DNA of 64,000 nt from Oscillospiraceae bacterium (GTDB lineage: Bacteria; Bacillota; Clostridia; Oscillospirales; QAMX01). The notes beneath the pieces were generated by a model. It ran no database searches. It saw only the letters and a list, made by a program, of their open reading frames with translations, and had not been told where the DNA came from. Below, in pieces: positions 18,194-28,230 of this stretch; position 1 is the stretch's first letter, and each line of letters begins with the position of its first letter. Made by a program: the position numbers and the translations under genes. Where the stretch lies: NCBI GenBank assembly GCA_015067825.1, contig SVLQ01000001.1, forward strand, positions 12,485 through 76,484, given 5' to 3'.

Positions 18194-19723
18194 TTAGTCC
18201 AACTGAATGATATCGTCGTCGGTATCCGCCACAGGCGTTTCTTCAACGACTTCGGGGATCTTCGCCAGTTTCTTTGTCTTAAGCTTATAGAAGACACCCA
18301 ACAGCTGGATAGTGATCAGCGGTGTCATCGCGACCATTGCAACAACACCGAATGCATCCAAAGCGACATTTCCGCCCAAACCTTCCGAGGCACCCATCGC
18401 AAACGGGAGCAGGAAGGTCGCTGTCATTGCACCCGAAGCGACGCCGCCGGAGTCAAACGCGATAGAGGTGAAGATATCGGGGCAGAAGAAGGTGAGCAGC
18501 AGTGCCAGCGCATAGCCGGGCACCAACACCCAAAGAATCGAGATGTGCGTGAGAATACGCATCATCGCCAGACCGACCGAAATTGCAACACCGATCGAAA
18601 GGCTTGTCTGCAGGGCTTTGGGTGCGATTGCGCCGTCAGTGATCTCGAAAACCTGACGGTTCAAAACGTGCACGGCAGGTTCGGCAGCGACGATAAAATA
18701 CCCCATCAACATGCCGATCGGCAGGATGATCCAGTTGAAGTCGAGCTGTGCGATCAGCTTGCCGAGATAGTTACCGGCGGGCATGAAGCCGATGTTGACG
18801 CCGGTGAGGAAGATAACCAAGCCGACGTATGTATAGATCAAACCGACGAAGATCTTCAAGAGCGCTTTCATCGGCATCTTCAGCGCGACGAGCTGATAGA
18901 TGAGGAAGAAACCGACGATCGGGGCCAGCGCAATGCCGACTTCTTTGGCGTAGTGGGGGAATGCGGTTAAGAACTGGTTGCCGAGATCTCGCGAGTCACC
19001 CAAAACCGGGATCTCAACCGGCGAATAAACGCCGCCGTCCGACGGGAACAGCACACCGAGGATCAGAACGACGAGAATCGGACCGACCGATGACAGCGCG
19101 ACCAAACCGAAGCTGTCGTTGTCGGCACCGCTGTCGCTTCGAACCGCCGAAACACCGACGCCGAGTGCCATGATGAAGGGAACCGTCATCGGGCCGGTGG
19201 TAACACCGCCGGCGTCAAATGCGATGGCAAGATAATCTTTGTTCGGGATCATAAACGCCACGGCAAAAACGACGACGTAGAACCCGATCAAAAGGTAAGA
19301 GAGCTTGATCTTGAAGAGAATACGCAGAACCGCGATGACCAGAAACAGACCGACACCGACGCCGACCGTGCACATCAGGACGTAGCTGTCGATCGACTGG
19401 ACCTGATCGGCGAGGACCTTCAGGTCGGGTTCGGAGATGGTGATGATGAAACCCATCAGGAAACAAACCATGATCATCAACCAAAGCTTTCGCGACTGCG
19501 TCATATGTGAACCGACCTGCTCGCCGATCGGCGTCATGGCCATGTCTGCGCCGAGGGTAAAGATGCCGACACCGACGATCAAAAGGATTGCACCGAAAAT
19601 AAAGAGAATAAAAACGTCATTCGGTATCGGCGCAACGGAAAAACAAAGAAGCGCAACGATTACTGTGATCGGCAAGACAGATGCCAGTGATTCTTTGACT
19701 TTGTCGAGCAGGTTGCTTTGCAA
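18194..19723 (-). CDS. DUF1538 family polytopic membrane protein
   Basis: 509 aa, more than 10 predicted TM helices, internally duplicated; 11-nt gap to the PII-like gene. Confidence 0.55.
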   Translation of the reverse strand: MQSNLLDKVKESLASVLPITVIVALLCFSVAPIPNDVFILFIFGAILLIVGVGIFTLGADMAMTPIGEQVGSHMTQSRKLWLMIMVCFLMGFIITISEPDLKVLADQVQSIDSYVLMCTVGVGVGLFLVIAVLRILFKIKLSYLLIGFYVVVFAVAFMIPNKDYLAIAFDAGGVTTGPMTVPFIMALGVGVSAVRSDSGADNDSFGLVALSSVGPILVVLILGVLFPSDGGVYSPVEIPVLGDSRDLGNQFLTAFPHYAKEVGIALAPIVGFFLIYQLVALKMPMKALLKIFVGLIYTYVGLVIFLTGVNIGFMPAGNYLGKLIAQLDFNWIILPIGMLMGYFIVAAEPAVHVLNRQVFEITDGAIAPKALQTSLSIGVAISVGLAMMRILTHISILWVLVPGYALALLLTFFCPDIFTSIAFDSGGVASGAMTATFLLPFAMGASEGLGGNVALDAFGVVAMVAMTPLITIQLLGVFYKLKTKKLAKIPEVVEETPVADTDDDIIQLD

Positions 19724-19747
19724 TGGGATATCCTCACTTTCTGAATA

Positions 19748-22180
19748 TTACGCAAGCGTGACGATGGTCACTCCGTCCTCGCCTTCGCCGTAAATGCCCG
19801 GACGGAAGCTCTTGACGTGGCGGTGGTGGCGCAGATGGCTGCGGATCGCATCCCTGAGCTTGCCGGTGCCTTTGCCGTGCACGATCGTCACCTCGGTCAG
19901 GTGCGCACGCAGGGCGTTGTCGAGGTATTGGTCGAGCTGATGAATGCCACCGTCGGCGGCTTCACCGCGGATATCGAGTCGGTTGGTCACGCCGGAAGCG
20001 ATCGCTCCGGTCAGAACCTTCTGTGCCTCCGCCGCCGAAACGGGTCTACGCGGCTTTTTGGCCGTCGGATCCGGCTTGACTTCCTTGCAGAGGCGTACGT
20101 CTTCGGGCTTGACACGCATCTTCATGGCGCCCGCCTGAATCTGCAGCTTGCCGTCTTTGCCCGGGAGCGCGGCGACAATGCCGTCGATGCCCATTTTTAC
20201 GATCAAAACGTGGTCTCCGACCACGAGCGGACGGGTGGGAACCTCTGCTTCCGGAACCTCCGGTGCGGATTCCGATGCGCTTGCTGCGGAATCCATATCG
20301 TTGAGACGGCGGTTGATCGCCGCCTGATCTTCGTTGATGTTGATCGACTTCAGTTCGCCCTGTGCCATCGCGTACATCCGGCGCAGATCAGCCAAGATCG
20401 CACGGCTCTCTTCGCGCGTTTCGGAAACGATCTTCATCGCTTCTTCGCGGGCCTCCGCTTCGGCACGGGCCTTTTCGGCGGCGAGATGTCTTTCGCGGTC
20501 ACGGGCACGCTGCGTCAACTGTTCGATCTCTCTGCGCAGTGCTTCCACACGTGCCTGTTCTTCCTCGGCCTTTTGGCGGTTTTTCTCAAGCTCGGTAATA
20601 ACGTCTTCAAACCGTGACGCTTCCTTGCCGATCAGACCGTGGGCGTGCTCGATGATGTCGTCGGAGAGGCCGAGGCGCTTGGAAATCGCAAAAGCGTTGG
20701 AGCGGCCGGGAATACCGGTGAGCAGACGGTAGGTCGGGCGCAGTGTTTCGATATCGAACTCGCACGAAGCGTTTTCTACGTTTGGCGTGCTCAGTGCGTA
20801 GACCTTCAGTTCGGCGTAGTGCGTGGTCGCGGCGATCTTTGCGCCCAAAGAAGAGGCGCGTTCGATGATCGCGATGGCCAAGGCCGCACCTTCCGTAGGG
20901 TCGGTACCGGCGCCCAGCTCGTCGAAAAGAATCAGACAGTTGTCTTCCGCGCGGGCGAGGATCTCGACGATGTTGGTCATGTGCGACGAGAAGGTCGAGA
21001 GCGATTGCTCGATCGACTGCTCGTCGCCGATGTCGGCGTAAACCGCCGGACAGAGAGAAACGGTCGAACCGGGAGCGGCGGGGATGTGCAGACCGCATTG
21101 TGCCATCAGCGTGAGCAAGCCGATCGTTTTTAAGCTGACCGTTTTACCGCCGGTATTGGGACCGGTGACGATCAGCGTGTCATAGTCGATACCGAGTGAA
21201 ACGTCGATGGGAACGACCTTTTTCTGGTCGAGCAGGGGATGGCGCGCCTTTTTGAGCTCGAATCGCCCTTCTTCGTTGATGATTGCCGGTCTGGCATCCA
21301 GTTCGACCGAGAGCTTGGCGCGGGCGAAGATCAGGTCGAGCGTGCAGAGCATTTTATACGACGCAAGGAGAGCGTCTCTGCGGGCAAAAACTGCCGCCGA
21401 AAACTCCGCCAAGATCCGTTCGATCTCATTGCGTTCCTTGCTCAGAAGTTCGGAGATTTCGTTGTTGGCCTCAACGACCGCCATCGGTTCGATAAAAATG
21501 GTCGCGCCGCTGGAGGAAACGTCGTGCACCATGCCGGGCACGCTCGCTTTGTGCTCCGCTTTGACCGGTACGACGTAGCGGCCGGAACGCTGTGTGATCA
21601 AGCTTTCCTGCAGGATCTTTGAGGCGTTGGGGCCGGAAATGATGCGGGCGAGGATATCACGCACGCGGTTCTGTGCAGCCGAGAGCTTGCGGCGGATCGA
21701 AAGCAGCTCGTTGCTGGCGGTATCGGCGATCTCGTCTTCGCTCAGGATCGCATCGGTGATCGATCGCTCGAAATCGTAATCGGGGCGCAGAAGCGAGAAG
21801 TATTCGTCGATGCAGGTGTCGGCGTCGTCGCGGTCGCGGAAGCGATAATCGCGGACGTTGCGCGCCGAGCGCAGGAGTGCCGCGACGGTCAGAAGCTCGG
21901 CAGGCATCAGGATACCACCGCGTTCGGCGCGCAGGATCAGCGTTGTGATATCCTTGACGCCCGAAAAACTGGGGCTTCCTTTGCGGCAGGAGAATTCAAA
22001 CGCCGCCGTCGTCTCGGCCGAGAGGCGGTTGACTTCGCGGATGCTGTCGGAGGGGGTAAGTGCCATCGCTTCCTGTTTGGCCGCATCGGTGACGGCAAAC
22101 GAGGCGAGCTTGGCGCAGACCTTGTCCAGCTCCAGCGTTCGCATGGATTTTTGTACGAATGTATCGAAAGTGTCGTTCAT
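19748..22180 (-). CDS. mutS2: endonuclease MutS2
   Basis: ORF track 19748..22219; start moved to ATG 22180. Walker A VTGPNTGGKTVSLK, LFDELGAGTDPTEG, C-terminal Smr domain LDIRGEAADG ... IVHGKGTGKLR. Confidence 0.9.
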   Translation of the reverse strand: MNDTFDTFVQKSMRTLELDKVCAKLASFAVTDAAKQEAMALTPSDSIREVNRLSAETTAAFEFSCRKGSPSFSGVKDITTLILRAERGGILMPAELLTVAALLRSARNVRDYRFRDRDDADTCIDEYFSLLRPDYDFERSITDAILSEDEIADTASNELLSIRRKLSAAQNRVRDILARIISGPNASKILQESLITQRSGRYVVPVKAEHKASVPGMVHDVSSSGATIFIEPMAVVEANNEISELLSKERNEIERILAEFSAAVFARRDALLASYKMLCTLDLIFARAKLSVELDARPAIINEEGRFELKKARHPLLDQKKVVPIDVSLGIDYDTLIVTGPNTGGKTVSLKTIGLLTLMAQCGLHIPAAPGSTVSLCPAVYADIGDEQSIEQSLSTFSSHMTNIVEILARAEDNCLILFDELGAGTDPTEGAALAIAIIERASSLGAKIAATTHYAELKVYALSTPNVENASCEFDIETLRPTYRLLTGIPGRSNAFAISKRLGLSDDIIEHAHGLIGKEASRFEDVITELEKNRQKAEEEQARVEALRREIEQLTQRARDRERHLAAEKARAEAEAREEAMKIVSETREESRAILADLRRMYAMAQGELKSININEDQAAINRRLNDMDSAASASESAPEVPEAEVPTRPLVVGDHVLIVKMGIDGIVAALPGKDGKLQIQAGAMKMRVKPEDVRLCKEVKPDPTAKKPRRPVSAAEAQKVLTGAIASGVTNRLDIRGEAADGGIHQLDQYLDNALRAHLTEVTIVHGKGTGKLRDAIRSHLRHHRHVKSFRPGIYGEGEDGVTIVTLA

Positions 22181-22222
22181 AAGTATGTCTCTTTCCGGAC
22201 TGCAACAGCCGCAGCCCATCGG

Positions 22223-22972
22223 TCACAACGGCGACCGGAAGGATTTGTAGAATCGCAGCGCGCGCGGATCGCAATCGAGCTGCGAGAAGAGGTAGCGCTC
22301 CGTCACGTAAACCGCGTCGTCGATCAGCTCGCTGCTGCAATTTGCGGGCAAAAGCTTTTGGATGGGAGCGACCAAAAAATACTCCAGAAGCGGCAACGCC
22401 GATTCCGGACAGGGGATGACGTTGCCGTCGTCGACGGTCACGCAGTCCCGGCAGCAGACACCGCCGGAAACGGGCGAAAGGTAGGGGACGTGCGGCGCTT
22501 CGCCGCAATGGATACAAGCGTCAAGCTGCGGTTCGTACCCGGCGATCTGTGCGGCCCGCATTTCAAATGCTGCCCGCACCAGTTCCGGCGGGTGATCGAG
22601 TGCGCTCAGCGCGTAGAGGCAGTTGAGCGTGAGCCGCAGAAGCTCGCTGTCGCCGACGTCGGCATCAGCGACCTTTTCGGCGATGTCGGCGATGTATGCC
22701 GCCAAAGCAAGTTTTTGCGCGTCGCTGCGCAGCCCCATAAAGAGCTCGACTGCCTCGGCTGCGTTGACCGTAATGCGGCCCTTGTTTTCAAAAAGCGTGA
22801 AGTCCGCATAGGCATAAAGCTGACAGGCACTCGCCAGCGGACTGCGCATGCGCATCGCACCCTTTGCCCGCACGGTAAGACGGCCTCTGTCAGCTGTGAT
22901 GATCGTCAGAATCTTATCGTTTTCCTTGTAGCGGATCTCGCGCGTGACGAGACCTCTGATTTGTGTGAACAA
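22223..22972 (-). CDS. recO: DNA repair protein RecO
   Basis: N-terminal OB-fold-type sequence and Cys4 zinc motif CIHCGE...CCRDC; apparent TTG start with AAGGA RBS. Confidence 0.8.
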   Translation of the reverse strand: MFTQIRGLVTREIRYKENDKILTIITADRGRLTVRAKGAMRMRSPLASACQLYAYADFTLFENKGRITVNAAEAVELFMGLRSDAQKLALAAYIADIAEKVADADVGDSELLRLTLNCLYALSALDHPPELVRAAFEMRAAQIAGYEPQLDACIHCGEAPHVPYLSPVSGGVCCRDCVTVDDGNVIPCPESALPLLEYFLVAPIQKLLPANCSSELIDDAVYVTERYLFSQLDCDPRALRFYKSFRSPL

Positions 22973-23069
22973 GGCGATCGTCCTTTGTTTTGGCCGCCGC
23001 GTAAAGCAGATATGCTTCCGGCAAACCGGTTTCTTTGAAAAAATACCATGACCGTTCTCTGTCCGTCAT
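22914..23069 (-). CDS. YqzL-like small protein (51 aa), absent from the ORF track because it is under 60 aa
   Basis: Hand translation: MTDRERSWYFFKETGLPEAYLLYAAAKTKDDRLVHTNQRSRHARDPLQGKR. AAGGAGG RBS 7 nt upstream. W-x-F-x-x-TG-x-x-x-YLLY pattern and era/recO synteny as for Bacillus yqzL. Overlaps the recO start by 59 nt. Confidence 0.5.
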   Translation of the reverse strand: MTDRERSWYFFKETGLPEAYLLYAAAKTKDDRLVHTNQRSRHARDPLQGKR

Positions 23070-23147
23070 ATTCGCTGCCTCCTTGTGGTGTCAGAGTTAG
23101 CGTTTGCGGGACGGCGGCGGTCTATGTGCGGCAGATATTGGCGGGAA

Positions 23148-24056
23148 TCAGTCTTCCTGCATGACCGAAAGCTCGGAGAGGAAGTAGGCGTTGTTTTTCC
23201 AGTCGTTCTTGACCTTGACCCAAAGCTTTAAGAAAATCTGGGTGTCGAGCATTTTTTCGATCTCTCTGCGAGCGGCGGTGCCGACGTTTTTCAGCATCGC
23301 GCCCTGCCGGCCGATGATAATGCTCTTGTGGCTGTCCTTTTCGCAGACGATCAGCACGTCGACCTCTACGCGCCCGTCCTCAAGCTCCTCAAACCGCTCG
23401 GTTTCGCAAACGACACCGTGGGGGATCTCGTCGTGCAGCGCACGCATCAGCTGCTCGCGCACGAGCTCTGCGGCTAAAACGCGTTCCGGCTGATCGGTCA
23501 GAGCGTCTTCGGGGAAGATGTGGTCGCCCTCGGGGAGAAGGGCCTCGATTTCTTTGAGCAGCGCGTCGCAGCCGTCACCGGTGCGGGCAGAGATCGGTAC
23601 GACTGCCGCGAATTCATACATCGTGGCATACTTGCCGATGATCGGCAGGATCTCGTCCTTTTTGGCAGCGTCCGTTTTATTCAGCGCAAGAATGCATGGG
23701 ATCTCGTTTTTGCGCAGACGGTCGATCAGCGTGTGCTCCGGCGTTCCGGGGAACTTGTCCGCCTGTGCGACCAGAACCGCCAGGTCAACGTCGTCGGCGG
23801 TCGCGTAGATCGTTTTGTTCATCATATCGCCGAGCTTCGAGCGCGATTTGTGCAGACCCGGCGTATCCATGAAGATCATCTGCACGTTATCCTGCGTCAG
23901 GATACCGGTGATCTTATTGCGTGTCGTTTGCGGCTTGGGCGAAACGATGGAGATCTTTTCGCCGACGAGCTGGTTTAAAAGCGTCGATTTCCCGACGTTG
24001 GGGCGGCCGAGGATCGAGACCGTGCCGCATTTTGTCACATGTTCGTTGTTTGTCAT
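23148..24056 (-). CDS. era: GTPase Era
   Basis: GRPNVGKST, DTPG, NKTD G-motifs and a C-terminal KH domain. Confidence 0.9.
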   Translation of the reverse strand: MTNNEHVTKCGTVSILGRPNVGKSTLLNQLVGEKISIVSPKPQTTRNKITGILTQDNVQMIFMDTPGLHKSRSKLGDMMNKTIYATADDVDLAVLVAQADKFPGTPEHTLIDRLRKNEIPCILALNKTDAAKKDEILPIIGKYATMYEFAAVVPISARTGDGCDALLKEIEALLPEGDHIFPEDALTDQPERVLAAELVREQLMRALHDEIPHGVVCETERFEELEDGRVEVDVLIVCEKDSHKSIIIGRQGAMLKNVGTAARREIEKMLDTQIFLKLWVKVKNDWKNNAYFLSELSVMQED

Positions 24057-24079
24057 GTCTGACTCCTTATTCTTTCGTG

Positions 24080-24604
24080 TTAGCGGAGGATGTTGGCGGA
24101 CTGCAGGATCTTTTCCTGTAAGCCGAACATTTCGCGTTCGTCTTCCTCGGAGGTCTCGTGGTCGTAGCCGAGGAGATGGAGAGCGGAGTGGGCCGCCAAA
24201 AAGGCAAATTCACGGACGGGAGAGTGGCCGTAGCTTTCGGCCTGCTCAAGCGCACGGTCGGTACAGATGACGATGCTGCCCAAGCTGATCCGGCCTTTTT
24301 GCCAGTCAGTTGCCTCTGCGACGGTGCCGGGTTCCTCACCGGCAGCAAGCGGCAGCGCCGGGAACGACAAAACGTCGGTCACGCTGTCTTTCTCGCGGTT
24401 TTCACGGTTGAGCGTGCGGATTGTCTCGCCGTCGACGAACAAAAGCTCTACCGACATGGGCGAACGGATCCCCATATATGCGAAGGTGCTGCGGATCGCC
24501 TTGTGCGCCGCTGCGATCCACGCCGCACGCGGCTCGGTGGCGGATTCGGCCGTGGTGAAAATTTTGGTGTTGGGCGTTACACGCCGGATCGTGTGTATAT
24601 GCAT
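24080..24604 (-). CDS. ybeY: rRNA maturation RNase YbeY
   Basis: HSALHLLGYDH zinc motif. Confidence 0.85.
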   Translation of the reverse strand: MHIHTIRRVTPNTKIFTTAESATEPRAAWIAAAHKAIRSTFAYMGIRSPMSVELLFVDGETIRTLNRENREKDSVTDVLSFPALPLAAGEEPGTVAEATDWQKGRISLGSIVICTDRALEQAESYGHSPVREFAFLAAHSALHLLGYDHETSEEDEREMFGLQEKILQSANILR

Positions 24605-24619
24605 GGTATCCCTCTTTAT

Positions 24620-25645
24620 CTATTTCTGAAAGCGGCGGAAGGTTTGGCGCGGGGACTGATTGGCCTGTTCCTTGGCCGCGGCGGCCGCACGGGCAGCGTT
24701 GTATTTGTCGTATGCGTCGATGATTTTCTGCACGAGCTCGTGGCGGACAACGTCCGCACTCGTCAGCGTGATCTGTGCGATTCCGTCGATTCCCTCCAGG
24801 ATCTTCTGCGCATCCTTCAAACCGCTTCGCTTGCCGACCGGCAGGTCGATCTGTGTGATGTCGCCGTTGACGACGACCTTGGAGTTGAAACCGATACGCG
24901 TCAAAAACATCTTCATCTGTTCGGCGGTGGTATTCTGGGCTTCGTCGAGGATGATGAACGAATCGTCCAGCGTGCGGCCGCGCATGAACGCGAGCGGCGC
25001 GACCTCAATGTTGCCGCGTTCCAGATATTTCTGATACGTTTCCGCGCCGAGCATGTCAAACAGCGCGTCGTAGAGCGGGCGCAGATACGGGTCGACCTTG
25101 TTCTGCAGATCGCCGGGCAGAAAGCCCAGCTTTTCACCGGCTTCAACGGCGGGACGGGTGAGGATGATGCGGTTGATCTTTTTTTCCCGGAAGGCGGCAA
25201 CTGCACAGGCGACCGCAAGATAGGTCTTGCCTGTACCGGCAGGGCCGACGCCGATCGTGACCAAGTTGTTCTGGATCGCTTCGAGATACTTTTTCTGCCC
25301 GATCGTCTTGCCCTTGACCGGCCGGCCTTTGGCCGTAACGCAAACGACGTCGCTTGCGAGTTCGGCGATCTGGCGGTCGTTGCCTTCGTTGACGAGCGAG
25401 ATGCAGTACCGCACGTTTTGGGTGGAGATCGGCTCTCCGCGGGAAGAAAGCGTGAACAGACCGAGCAGAACGCGTTCGGCACGGGCGACGGCTTCGGCGT
25501 CGTCACCGCTGATTTTCAGTTCGGTCTCGCGGTTGATGATGCGGACGGCGTAGGCCTGTTCGATCAGTTTGATATTCTCGTCAAAGCTGCCGAAAACGTC
25601 GACGACGTTTTCCATGCGCTCAACAGTCAAAGTTCGTTCGTGCAT
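24620..25645 (-). CDS. phoH: PhoH family ATPase
   Basis: ORF track 24620..25729; start moved to ATG 25645. Walker A GPAGTGKTYLAV; ILDEAQN. Confidence 0.9.
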   Translation of the reverse strand: MHERTLTVERMENVVDVFGSFDENIKLIEQAYAVRIINRETELKISGDDAEAVARAERVLLGLFTLSSRGEPISTQNVRYCISLVNEGNDRQIAELASDVVCVTAKGRPVKGKTIGQKKYLEAIQNNLVTIGVGPAGTGKTYLAVACAVAAFREKKINRIILTRPAVEAGEKLGFLPGDLQNKVDPYLRPLYDALFDMLGAETYQKYLERGNIEVAPLAFMRGRTLDDSFIILDEAQNTTAEQMKMFLTRIGFNSKVVVNGDITQIDLPVGKRSGLKDAQKILEGIDGIAQITLTSADVVRHELVQKIIDAYDKYNAARAAAAAKEQANQSPRQTFRRFQK

Positions 25646-25653
25646 AGCTGTGG

Positions 25654-26850
25654 TCACCTTTCGTTGTGGTTGATCTGCGGCGATGGTACATAAGCACCGG
25701 GAGCAGCGATGTCTTCCCAACATTCGCAAAAAATCGTCACGGAAATGCTTTCGTTCTGCGCGGTGCGTTCAAAACGGGCGTTCGAGATTCCGCCGTTGAC
25801 CAAACCGGCAGAGATGGCGTCTGTCAGCGCCGATTCCAACCGCAGCTGCTCGGTCTCGGTTTCTTTTGCGACCGCAACGGTGCGGTACTCGCGCCATGTC
25901 TCCGTGACCAGCGTGCAGGGCACGCCGTAAAAGACATCTTTCTTCTCTATTATTATATCATAACCGAAGGGTGTTTTACCATAGTCCGGCGATAAATTTA
26001 TTTCGTGTTCAAAAAAAATCAGGTATTTTTTTGTGAAAACCTGCCCTGTGTACTCCTTTTTCTGTGCGGTCGCCGGAATTGCCGCCGTCATTTCGTACCA
26101 TGTTCGCGCTTCCGCATCAGCAAGTGCGTGCGAGAGAACAAAATTTCCCTCTTTTCCGATCGGTACTTCCGCGCCGACGAGCAGATCGCCCTTTTCCACA
26201 GTCTCGCCGACAGCGGCGATCGGCGTACCTTGGTAAACGTACAGCTTTGTCAGAATGCCGTTCTTTTTGGCGTAGATCGCGCAGGGCTCGTCGTTGGGAA
26301 TCACCTGCGGCCGCTCTGTCCGCAGTTCGTAAGCGATTTCGGCGCTTGCGCCGTCGAGAAAAATTCCGACCCACGAAAGATGCGGCAGGCGTGCGATTAC
26401 CTGTTCCTTGATCTGGCCTTCGTCGAGTTCCGCAAGCTTCACTCCCGGCTTCAGGCCGAATTCCGCAAGCGCCTCCAAAATTTCGCTGTCGCGCGCGCCG
26501 TTGTTGGTAATCGATACGCTCCAAAGCATGCCGGAAGCGAAGTGGAGAAAGAGGAACGCGCCAACGGCACCGAGCAGAAAAAACGGACGTCTCAGGTAAG
26601 GAAGAACCCGTCGGGCAATGCCGCTTTTTTGGCGGATACGTACCCGGCAGTGTTTGCCGTAAACGAGCTTGGGCAGTCGGCGAAATTCTGCCGCGCGCAT
26701 TTGTGCGGTGAGCTCGAGCGGACTTGTGCGCGAGATCTTTTGCAGCAGCAGGCCGGCGCGCAGGCAATCGTTCAGAAATCGTTCCGGATCCGGTGTGGTC
26801 ACCGAAACAGTTACGCGAGTTTCGAAAGCGGCACGGATTTTTTTGAACAT
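25654..26850 (-). CDS. yqfD: sporulation protein YqfD
   Basis: 398 aa with a single mid-protein TM; position between yqfC and phoH as in Bacillus and Clostridia. Confidence 0.75.
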   Translation of the reverse strand: MFKKIRAAFETRVTVSVTTPDPERFLNDCLRAGLLLQKISRTSPLELTAQMRAAEFRRLPKLVYGKHCRVRIRQKSGIARRVLPYLRRPFFLLGAVGAFLFLHFASGMLWSVSITNNGARDSEILEALAEFGLKPGVKLAELDEGQIKEQVIARLPHLSWVGIFLDGASAEIAYELRTERPQVIPNDEPCAIYAKKNGILTKLYVYQGTPIAAVGETVEKGDLLVGAEVPIGKEGNFVLSHALADAEARTWYEMTAAIPATAQKKEYTGQVFTKKYLIFFEHEINLSPDYGKTPFGYDIIIEKKDVFYGVPCTLVTETWREYRTVAVAKETETEQLRLESALTDAISAGLVNGGISNARFERTAQNESISVTIFCECWEDIAAPGAYVPSPQINHNER

Positions 26851-26867
26851 GTTTCTTCTCCTTGCAG

Positions 26868-27161
26868 TCAGTCAAAACAGATTTGTGCGATTTTACCGTG
26901 TACGTATGCGCTGTGGTCTGTCGATGCATCAATCAGCAAATCGCTTCCGTAGATTGTCAGAGTAAAGGCTGCACAGCGAAAAACCACACAGTCGCTGTCG
27001 GCGCGCAAAATACCGCTGTGCGCATCGATGTACAGTGTGCGGTTGTCGCAAAGATAGATCTCACATGTGCCGGGAACGATCGAACTTGGCAGCGAGAGCT
27101 TTTCGCCGAGATATGTCAGTATTTTTTTCCGAAAGCCGTTTTGCTTCATAGTCCACCTCAT
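26868..27161 (-). CDS. yqfC: YabP/YqfC family sporulation protein
   Basis: 97 aa; YabP-like pattern (ILRADSDCVVFRCAAFTLTIYGSDL); synteny with yqfD. Confidence 0.7.
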   Translation of the reverse strand: MRWTMKQNGFRKKILTYLGEKLSLPSSIVPGTCEIYLCDNRTLYIDAHSGILRADSDCVVFRCAAFTLTIYGSDLLIDASTDHSAYVHGKIAQICFD

Positions 27162-27208
27162 CCCTTTGTTTTCGTTCCATATCTATGCGCTCTTGGCCGA
27201 TGAATTGC

Positions 27209-27236
27209 CATATTTTGCCGCTTTGCAGCATAGGAT
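27209..27236 (+). promoter_or_regulatory. candidate sigma-E-type sporulation promoter
   Basis: CATATT (27209-14), 14 nt, CATAGGAT (27229-36), compared with consensus ATATT-N14-CATACA-T. Confidence 0.35.
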
Positions 27237-27265
27237 GAGGCAGATCATAAGGAGGGGAAGAACCT

Positions 27266-28168
27266 GTGCGGATCAAATCGTTTGTGCCGTGGCTGATGGC
27301 TGTATTGGCCGTGATCATTGTGGTGTTCTTACTTTGGGAAGCGCCGATTGTGCGCTCGGCCGTTGGCACGGGGATGCAGCTGGCTGCCGGCAGTCTGGTT
27401 CCGTCGCTGTTTTTGTTTGCGGTCGTCGCCCAACTCTTGGTGAGAACCGGACTGCTGCGGCCGTTCGAACGGTTGACCGCACCTGTTTTCCGCCTGCTGC
27501 ACCTGCCTAAAGCGAGTGCATCTGCCTTTCTGCTCGGTGCGGCTGGCGGTTATCCGCTTGGCGCCGAGACGGTTGCTGCGCTCCATTCTGCCGGACAGCT
27601 CTCGCGTTCCGAGGCCGAAGAAGCGCTCGGCTTCACCAACAATTGCGGGATTGCTTATGTTGTATCTGTTGTCGCCCCAAAACTTGGATTGACGACAGCG
27701 GAAACCCTCGCGTTTTATGCGATCCACCTGCTGTCAGCACTGGCAGCAGCGATCCTTCTGCATGCTTTCGGCGGCACTTCCGATACAACCGCACCGGCGA
27801 CCGCAGATAGAGGAAAGCCAGAACCGTTTTCTGCGGCGCTGGCCGCATCGGTGCGTTCTGCGGCGCTTTCCATGCTTTTGCTGACTGGTTTTGTCTGCGT
27901 GTTTGCGGTATTCACAGCGCTGCTCAGGCAGATTCCGATTTCGTTCCCTGCATACGTTGGAGGGATTTTAGAGCTTTCGGGCGGAATTGCCGCGCTTACT
28001 GCCGGGGAACACACAACAGCAGCGTTTCTGATTGGGTTTGGCGGTTTTTGCGTGGTTTGTCAGGCGGCTGCCGCTGCCAGTCCGCACAAGCTGCGCCTGC
28101 ACAGATACCTGATCGGCAAGCTGTTACAGGGGGTATTTTCGGCGATAGCCGTGAAAATCTTATTCTGA
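27266..28168 (+). CDS. YlbJ-like sporulation integral membrane protein (nucleoside-recognition domain)
   Basis: GTG start after AAGGAGG. LVPSLFLFAVVAQLL ... FLLGAAGGYPLGA ... SRSEAEEALGFTNN aligns with the pattern of B. subtilis YlbJ. Confidence 0.6.
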   Translation: MRIKSFVPWLMAVLAVIIVVFLLWEAPIVRSAVGTGMQLAAGSLVPSLFLFAVVAQLLVRTGLLRPFERLTAPVFRLLHLPKASASAFLLGAAGGYPLGAETVAALHSAGQLSRSEAEEALGFTNNCGIAYVVSVVAPKLGLTTAETLAFYAIHLLSALAAAILLHAFGGTSDTTAPATADRGKPEPFSAALAASVRSAALSMLLLTGFVCVFAVFTALLRQIPISFPAYVGGILELSGGIAALTAGEHTTAAFLIGFGGFCVVCQAAAAASPHKLRLHRYLIGKLLQGVFSAIAVKILF

Positions 28169-28230
28169 TGTGCGTGTAGACGGTGCTCAAACCGACCATA
28201 CTGAAGACAACAACAAAACAGAGGTATTCT

